Below the pieces are notes generated by a model. That model saw only the letters and a program-made list of their open reading frames with translations. It searched no databases and was not told where the DNA came from. A stretch of DNA of 38,528 nt from a virus (lineage: Duplodnaviria > Caudoviricetes), in IMG/VR virus record IMGVR_UViG_3300022178_004478, positions 1-38,528 of that record, one strand, 5' to 3'. A program made the position numbers and the translations under genes. Positions within the stretch are counted from its first letter, which is position 1; every line of letters begins with the position of its first letter. Positions 35,289 to 38,528 of this stretch are shown in pieces.

Positions 35289-37907
35289 CTAGTCAAGTAG
35301 ATTTGTAGATTTTTCTTTAAATCTTTCTTCAGCTATACTTTGAAGGTCTAAACCCTTAAGCATCGAGTCATATTCAAGCCACAGTGTGTGGCGTTCGCCA
35401 TTCAACCGGTAGCGGCCAGCCTGGACGTATCCCATCTGACGTAAGACGTTTGCAAGGTACTTACTGTTGGTCCTGTTACCCAACTCAGCATTGAGTGCAT
35501 TTAGCAATGAGGTTGATGATATTAAGTCCGACTGGATCAATGGGTGATCGCCATCCTCGAGTAGCTGGTCGGTCAGTAGCTCGGCTTCAGGCATTGTGGC
35601 CTGTTGCATCTCGAGTTGGTAACGTGTGACCGGTGGAGGCCCGTCGATTGGGAAGTCATCAGGTATCTCAACACGTTCGAAGAAAGCACGGATCGCCCTA
35701 GGATAATTCTTTATCAAGTCCGCCACCCGATCAAAGTGACCCGAAGCATTAAGCTCAAGCACCTGGGCCTTGGTTTGCACCCACGACTTTATCACAAGGT
35801 AACGGCGCGAACCGGCACTGATCGCGAGTGCGTCTGGAAAGTTGGTGAACAAGATATAGTTGGTCACGTTATCAACTTCACGGTGATCGCGGTACTTCTG
35901 ATTGATTGATACGTGGTCATCCGCAATCGGCTCTTTAAGCTTATTCTCAACCTCATAGCGTGAGTGTCCCTTGGAGTGGATCTCGTTGAGTACGGCCAAC
36001 TGTGTGCCATAGGCCCAGTCATTGTAAGCAGAGAAAATCTTCTCGGGATCGACCACCTTCACATGACCATAACCCAGGGCCGACCGAATCAACTTCGCGA
36101 GTAGGCCCTTACCATTACCTTCCTGGCCCTGCGAGAGTGGTGCCCACCGGATCTTCTGACCTGGCCTTTGCACCAGCACAGCAATGAATTGTATCAGCAT
36201 GTCCTGAAGCTCAGGTTCCTTGGCCAGGATGGCGATGTGAGATCGTATAATGTCACCAGCCTTCTTGATGTCCGCCTCATTGGTGGATGCCTCGGGATGG
36301 GTCATACGGTAAGTATTAACGTAGTTGATGCCATCCTTCTTAACGAAGCTCTCGTCGGGGTTAGCCGGGTCGTAGACATCTGAAAAGACCGTTGGCACTT
36401 GCAGGTCATTAAGAACAAAGTCTTGGGGCCGTACAAGTGGCGTGTTCTTAGCACGGATGTTATCAGCCTCTCCAATCTCCTCGAGTTGCTCTTTGGTCGG
36501 CAGAAGGTATCTAGCATACAATGAGTCGAAAGCATCTCGGTCCATAGCCTCTCCCGTGCCAACACGGAATAGTTTCTTGGTCTCACCTACAAAGCACAGG
36601 CCACGTGCCCAGCTCGGAATTGGTTTGTCCTTTTCCTTTTGATCCTTCTCAGCCTGGCGGACCGAAGAGTGTTTCTTCTTTAGAGACTTGCGTAGGGTCG
36701 TGATCAAAACCTTCTGCTCAAATTTCTGTGAGCCAATCCGGCATATCTGAGACAGAAGCGAGTCCTGCAAAGTTGGCGTTAGGAGGGGGCATCCAGCGAT
36801 CCTGTCCACGCCCTTACCAACCAATGACGCAAATGTTTCAGACTCCTCCAGCCACTTCTGGATGTCCTTAAAATACCTTTGCTGAATCTCCTCATTGTCC
36901 CAGCCGGATGACTTCGCTATTAACAAAGTGGTGCGGATTGTCACGGGCACTCGGTCGCTTGTATTCGCAGCGAAGTACTGCCAACGCTTCTCTACGTCTT
37001 CACGGCTTGTATACTTACTGCCCTTAGATGACCACTCGTCAAATGCATCAAAGGCATCCCCGTCACAGTCAACGAACTGGTGCCGCATGCCCATCCCCAC
37101 TTTCACCCATGACATCATGTCTAGGTCTGGGTCAGTTTGTGAGAGCGCATCCTTAACGTCATCCAAGGTCACTGAGTCAAGCCTAGGCATGAGGAACTCG
37201 AGACCTGACAGGTTATCACTGAGTGACTGCTTGCGGCCACCCGACTTCGACACAGTGTCTAGAAGCTCGGTACCAATGAAAGCATCCTCACCCAGCGCGA
37301 CTCCGGTGTGCCTGTGGGCCAATACAGGGTGGTCGTTCTCAATGTTTGTATCGATAAAGGTGGTGGGCCTGTACATGGCCTGGCTTGGTATGCATGACTC
37401 CACCGTGATCTTTGTGATGCCTAGCTTGCCAGCTACCCACGATACAGCACTCTTATACATATCAGGTGAGAAACCATCAGCCTCCACCACAACTCGGATC
37501 CTAGGGTTCTCCTGCTTATAAGAAGCCGTCTTGTAGATCGCAAAGTTGTAGTTGCCCAGCATCTCATAGACCACGCCGATGTTCGATATGATCGTGGCGG
37601 CATCGTCGTTGTCATCCACATCGATACACACCAGTGAGATCGACTCACAGTTGGCTATTGTCTTTACAGCCTTGTCCTCCTGGTCGGTCTTGAATGCTGC
37701 CGGTGTGAAGTACTTCACGCACTTATACTTCTTCTGATCCTCAGGATCCATATTGTGGAATTCCGAATAACTCTTATTGATCCGCACAGGGTAGTTGATC
37801 TGTGTATCAAAAAACTCTTTGAAATCTGTGATGTTCAAACGATAGGCAAACTTGAATGAAGTTCTACCTGGGTCGGCTCCGAAGAATGGATTATTTCCTT
37901 TTGGCAT
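35289..37907 (-). CDS. Primase-helicase (AEP-like N-terminus, PriCT-2, SF3/DUF5906-like ATPase)
   Basis: CIDVDD and PRIRVV; PriCT-2 WVKVGMGM...FDEWSSKGSKY; Walker A GQEGNGKG; Walker B-like VLNEI; motif C ILFTN. Confidence 0.88.
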   Translation of the reverse strand: MPKGNNPFFGADPGRTSFKFAYRLNITDFKEFFDTQINYPVRINKSYSEFHNMDPEDQKKYKCVKYFTPAAFKTDQEDKAVKTIANCESISLVCIDVDDNDDAATIISNIGVVYEMLGNYNFAIYKTASYKQENPRIRVVVEADGFSPDMYKSAVSWVAGKLGITKITVESCIPSQAMYRPTTFIDTNIENDHPVLAHRHTGVALGEDAFIGTELLDTVSKSGGRKQSLSDNLSGLEFLMPRLDSVTLDDVKDALSQTDPDLDMMSWVKVGMGMRHQFVDCDGDAFDAFDEWSSKGSKYTSREDVEKRWQYFAANTSDRVPVTIRTTLLIAKSSGWDNEEIQQRYFKDIQKWLEESETFASLVGKGVDRIAGCPLLTPTLQDSLLSQICRIGSQKFEQKVLITTLRKSLKKKHSSVRQAEKDQKEKDKPIPSWARGLCFVGETKKLFRVGTGEAMDRDAFDSLYARYLLPTKEQLEEIGEADNIRAKNTPLVRPQDFVLNDLQVPTVFSDVYDPANPDESFVKKDGINYVNTYRMTHPEASTNEADIKKAGDIIRSHIAILAKEPELQDMLIQFIAVLVQRPGQKIRWAPLSQGQEGNGKGLLAKLIRSALGYGHVKVVDPEKIFSAYNDWAYGTQLAVLNEIHSKGHSRYEVENKLKEPIADDHVSINQKYRDHREVDNVTNYILFTNFPDALAISAGSRRYLVIKSWVQTKAQVLELNASGHFDRVADLIKNYPRAIRAFFERVEIPDDFPIDGPPPVTRYQLEMQQATMPEAELLTDQLLEDGDHPLIQSDLISSTSLLNALNAELGNRTNSKYLANVLRQMGYVQAGRYRLNGERHTLWLEYDSMLKGLDLQSIAEERFKEKSTNLLD

Positions 37908-37943
37908 TGTTGTTATTTTCTGGGGGTTATTGTTGCGTTGAAT

Positions 37944-38372
37944 TTATTTCAGTAAGTTACCGCATGGTCCACTGATGGCATGCTCCGGTGTCATCTCTAG
38001 ATTCATATCAAGGTCTATCTCCATGATGTTCGCGGGATGGTAATAAGAGCTGAGGCCATTGCGTGGACGTATCTCATACTCAGGAAATTTGCGGAAGTAC
38101 AGGATGTATGCAACAAACATTGCCGGAATATACTTGGTGCCATATAAAGATATGAAGCACTGCCTACCTATAATGTATCCCGCCTTGGCACCTTCGAGCC
38201 TACCCTCTACCGAACGCTTCCAGTATATCTGTGCTTTAGGCATAGGGTTTTGCTTGGTCCACTTCTCACAGTCGAGGCGGAAGTTATGCCTGAAGTCAGC
38301 GACCGTAAGGTCATTCATTGGTTTCCTCCGTGTGGAGTTCTTTGGGCGACCAATTTTCTTTGTAGTTAACAT
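37944..38372 (-). CDS. Degenerate HNH-endonuclease-like protein
   Basis: YW...GAKAG...ISLYGTKY...VAYILY...P..EIRPRNG...ANI parallels phage HNH_3 proteins but lacks the DH and DN catalytic motifs. Confidence 0.5.
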   Translation of the reverse strand: MLTTKKIGRPKNSTRRKPMNDLTVADFRHNFRLDCEKWTKQNPMPKAQIYWKRSVEGRLEGAKAGYIIGRQCFISLYGTKYIPAMFVAYILYFRKFPEYEIRPRNGLSSYYHPANIMEIDLDMNLEMTPEHAISGPCGNLLK

Positions 38373-38384
38373 AGTGGGGGGTGG

Positions 38385-38414
38385 TTTATAGACCTAGGGT
38401 TTAGAGACCGTCAA
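38385..38414 (-). promoter_or_regulatory. Putative leftward early promoter
   Basis: TTGACG-N18-TATAAA on the - strand, 12 nt upstream of the ATG at 38372. Confidence 0.6.
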
Positions 38415-38528
38415 GCCTTTTAGTTTAAATTTATTTAAACAGAAAGTAGCATTGTTATAGGCTTGAGCTACAAACTGAAAACTGTATATTGGTCGGAATG
38501 AAACTGAATGCAGGTCTCAACCCAAAAC

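Noticed and set aside
36895-37521. 208-aa antisense ORF inside the primase-helicase
   Set aside because: Ser-rich, no motifs, fully antisense to a well-supported gene.

Overview
This window is most of a tailed dsDNA bacteriophage genome with siphovirus morphology (long non-contractile tail), arranged as two converging arms. The + strand arm (414-25011) encodes the large terminase, portal, SPP1-gp7-like head protein, scaffold, major capsid, neck/tail-completion proteins, tail tube, a frameshifting tail chaperone pair, tape measure and a lambda-like tail tip (Dit x2, DUF1833/L-like, NlpC/P60, J). A ~5.1 kb block (fibre, two holin-like proteins, metallophosphoesterase, dNMP kinase) interrupts the tail-tip genes. 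The - strand arm (38372-25008) carries an APSE-type replication set (primase-helicase, DUF2800 nuclease, DUF2815 SSB, family A polymerase, VRR-NUC, SNF2 helicase), small early genes and a lysozyme-like gene. The most striking feature is a C5-cytosine methyltransferase locus (31795-33155) that is dual-coded over its whole length. Two same-strand 451-codon ORFs are offset by 5 nt. One carries motifs I-VIII and X; the other carries a motif IX-like segment plus an array of five W-x-T/S-P...L-x-x-x-V modules that look like tandem target-recognition domains. A promoter/terminator pair just upstream could form a small RNA or attenuator. I saw no integrase, tRNA, CRISPR array or reverse transcriptase, and no complete small terminase gene lies within the window. 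All family calls come from motif recognition by eye, not from database searches.
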